From the NCBI GenBank assembly GCA_028534125.1, contig CM052817.1:85004001-85068000 (forward strand): DNA of 64,000 nucleotides. Reading direction: 5' to 3'. Numbering within the stretch: the first letter of the stretch is position 1; each line of letters begins with the position of its first letter. Source of the stretch: Lama glama. Lineage: Eukaryota. The notes below the pieces were generated by a model. That model was not told where the DNA came from. It did no database searches and worked only from the letters and a program-made list of their open reading frames with translations. Below are positions 61,545 to 64,000 of this stretch, piece by piece. Made by a program: the position numbers and the translations under genes.

Positions 61545-63000
61545 CACATTTACCAGCTATATTAGATATTGTGGATCCAAAAATGCAAAGATACAGACAT
61601 TGCCTTCAAATTATTTACTGCATAGTGGGTGGACTGAAAAACAACTAAAAGCACCAACAAGGAGAAGGGCAAAGGGCAGTGGGAACACAAAACAAGCACC
61701 TTCATTTAACCAGAAAATGCTTTTTACTTGTTGAGACTTGAAGACTAGGAAGACGTATTCCAGGCAGACGTGCCAACATGCATAACAAACACACAATTAT
61801 AGAGCTTTGAAGGAGTGTGGAATGTTTGGTTAAATAATGAGGTCTAGATCATATAGGACAGTACAGGCTGTGCAAAGAATATAAATTTCACCCTTCATGG
61901 GAATGAGACGCAACTGAAGAATTTTGAGCAGATGAGGGATATAGTGAGTTTAATTTATCTGAGAGCAGTGTAGATAGGTATATTGTACAGAGGTGAGACT
62001 GAGGGGTGAGGCAGGACTCTGATAGCCCAGCAGAGAGATGACAAATGTCCACACCAGTGCACCTGAAGTCTAATGATGATAAGAAGATGGATAAAAGAGA
62101 TATTTAGGGGATGGAGTCGGTTGGACTTAATAACTAACAGAATATGAAACGGAGGAGGGTAGGAAAAAAGATTTAGGATGATGTCTGACTTGAGCCTCAT
62201 ATTTGTTTCAATTACCATCTATATCCCGAACGCCATCTGATATGTTTCCCCAGCCCACTCTTCTGAATTCTCCATTTTGGTTTCTACTTACTTTAAACTC
62301 GTTGTGACCAGTTGCTCTCTTGCTCCCATCGATGCTCCCTTTCATTGTAACTTAACCTCAACACATGGCATCATCATTTATTTACCTATTAGCTCAAGCC
62401 ATAAAACTTGCTTGTCAGGTTTAAATTTCATTCTTCTTCCTTCTGATAAACTACCTAGTCCCATTGATTTTCCTTATAAACATTTTCTCAAATGTCTCCA
62501 CTACTCTTCTTCCCACTGCCATGAATTCCCACCTCCGCTTTCTGCCGCAAGCCTAAGCTACCAAATGTCTTCTCTATTCTACCAAAATAGCTTTTTAATT
62601 GTTTTCCCAACCTCACCTTCCTTCTTTCTTGCCTTTCAATCCACATTGAAGCCAAGTGATCTATAATGAGATACTTTTGAAGTCCTTAACATTAGCTATT
62701 CAGCTTTGGTCTCTGCCAACAGCTTAAACCTGATCTCACACCACTTACTGCCTCCTCTGTACATACAATTTCTGTGACTCAGACCTTTTGGCCTTTCGTT
62801 CTTGCTTCAGCAAATTCATATTTTTTTTTCTCTCTTTCTGAAATTCTCCTTCTCTTCTCCCACCTCTTAACATGAATAACTCTTACTCATGTTTCTCAAG
62901 TCAGCTGATGTATCACTTCCTCCAGACTAGAGTAAAACCCTAGTAATAAGTTTATGTAATGCTCTAAGTCAGTTTTGTATCATTTAATAAATACTCTTTT
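61545..63000. mobile_element. L2 fragments (minus ~61545-62195; plus ~62200-63000)
   Basis: gcaactgaagaattttgagcagatgaggga...gatgtctgacttgag, then pyrimidine-rich sense L2 (gcatcatcatttatttacctattagctcaagcc). Confidence 0.7.
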
Positions 63001-63694
63001 AATAAGGAATGATGTACTAGCATGAAATTGGAGTATAATATTTCAGAGGTGGGATGGTGATAGGTAATGTGATCAAGTTGAACAGATGGAAAGAAATTAA
63101 CATTTAAGAGGTAAAGAATCTGTGGGGTTCATTTGTTAGACGGGTCAGATACAAGGAAATTAAAGGCCTTCAGGCTAACAGCAAGCATTGAAGTGGTGGA
63201 CGATATGGTCAAGTCACTGGTGAACATGTAGGAATTCAACAGAGAGTGGCACAGGCTGATCGTAAGACATTAAAGAAGGAAATAAAATTTGAGAAACAGC
63301 AATGGGATACTATTAGAATAAAGGTATGGTCACTGACTTTGTAGAATTTATTTAACATGGGAAAGGGAGTTCATATTAAGAAGTGAAAGTAAACCAGGGA
63401 TCCAGATGTATGAACTACTGTGGGGGTGAGAGTAAGGGTGATGGAGAGGAAAAATGAAGGTTATACTTGGTGAATGGGTGACAGTAGAAGAAACAGAATT
63501 TTTCATTTCAAATTTCTGAACAGAATTTAGATTAAAAGTATTCTGATGAAAAAACCCGACACAGCCTCTCTGTGGTTGGGGAAGTAATATTTATATCCTG
63601 CTGTTGAATCTCAACTGTACCAAGAGGATGAAAGTTAAACAGATCTGTGTCTAAAAAGTAGGGAGTAAGACGGTGCTAAATATCACTTGGAGTA

Positions 63695-63810
63695 AGAGTC
63701 TGAAAATGATAGCCTGTGGGCTGAATCTAGTCCTATAACTGATTTTCGTATGGGCTCCGAGCTGAGAGATTTTGGTTTTATATGGTTGAAAAATATCAGA
63801 AAAATAACAT
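63695..63810 (+). mobile_element. MER58-like hAT-Charlie fragment
   Basis: atagcctgtgggctgaatctagtcc...gagctgagagattttggtttta...ggttgaaaaatatcagaaaaataacatt. Confidence 0.55.
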
Positions 63811-64000
63811 TTATATGGACTGCTTTATATTATGCCACGCGGTGTCCTCAATCTTTGCATTTGTTAGTTCATTCAATTTTGCTAACAACTCTATGTGAAG
63901 CAGGTACTATAACTCATTCTTAGATGAGGAAATTGAAACTTTGGAAGGTTAAATAAGTAGTCTTAAAGATAAGACAGTCAATGAATAGTTCACCTGGGAT
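63805..64000 (-). mobile_element. MIR SINE (runs off the window end)
   Basis: aacaactctatgtgaagcaggtact...cattcttagatgaggaaattgaaactt...ggttaaataag. Confidence 0.75.

Overview
AT-rich mammalian genomic DNA with no CpG island, most likely intronic or intergenic. The youngest L1 3' ends resemble camelid (alpaca/camel-type) L1s, and I saw no Alu, B1/B2, Bov-tA/BovB, PRE-1 or SINEC, so a camelid source is my inference. No complete protein-coding gene, RNA gene or CRISPR-like array can be supported. The only recognisable protein fragment in the ORF track is L1 ORF2; the other ORFs are chance or artefacts of three fixed-size N gaps (500, 100 and 500 bp). The window is a mosaic of ancient repeats (L2, MIR, CR1/L3, RTE-like LINE fossils, HAL1/L1M, MaLR/ERV LTRs, hAT and mariner-derived elements), three younger L1 insertions, and several repeat-free blocks that look like conserved non-coding elements. 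The best leads are: (1) a candidate pair of in-frame minus-strand small exons at 57.1-57.6 kb whose putative acceptor sits in a 17-bp hairpin; (2) a 60-nt pre-miRNA-sized hairpin at 33565-33624; (3) a 5'-inverted L1 nested in an older L1, implying the 500-N gap hides several kb; (4) an RTE-clade RT fossil at the window start with no apparent frameshift. I found no convincing new biological system. Repeat family names are recognised by eye and the boundaries of old repeats are approximate.
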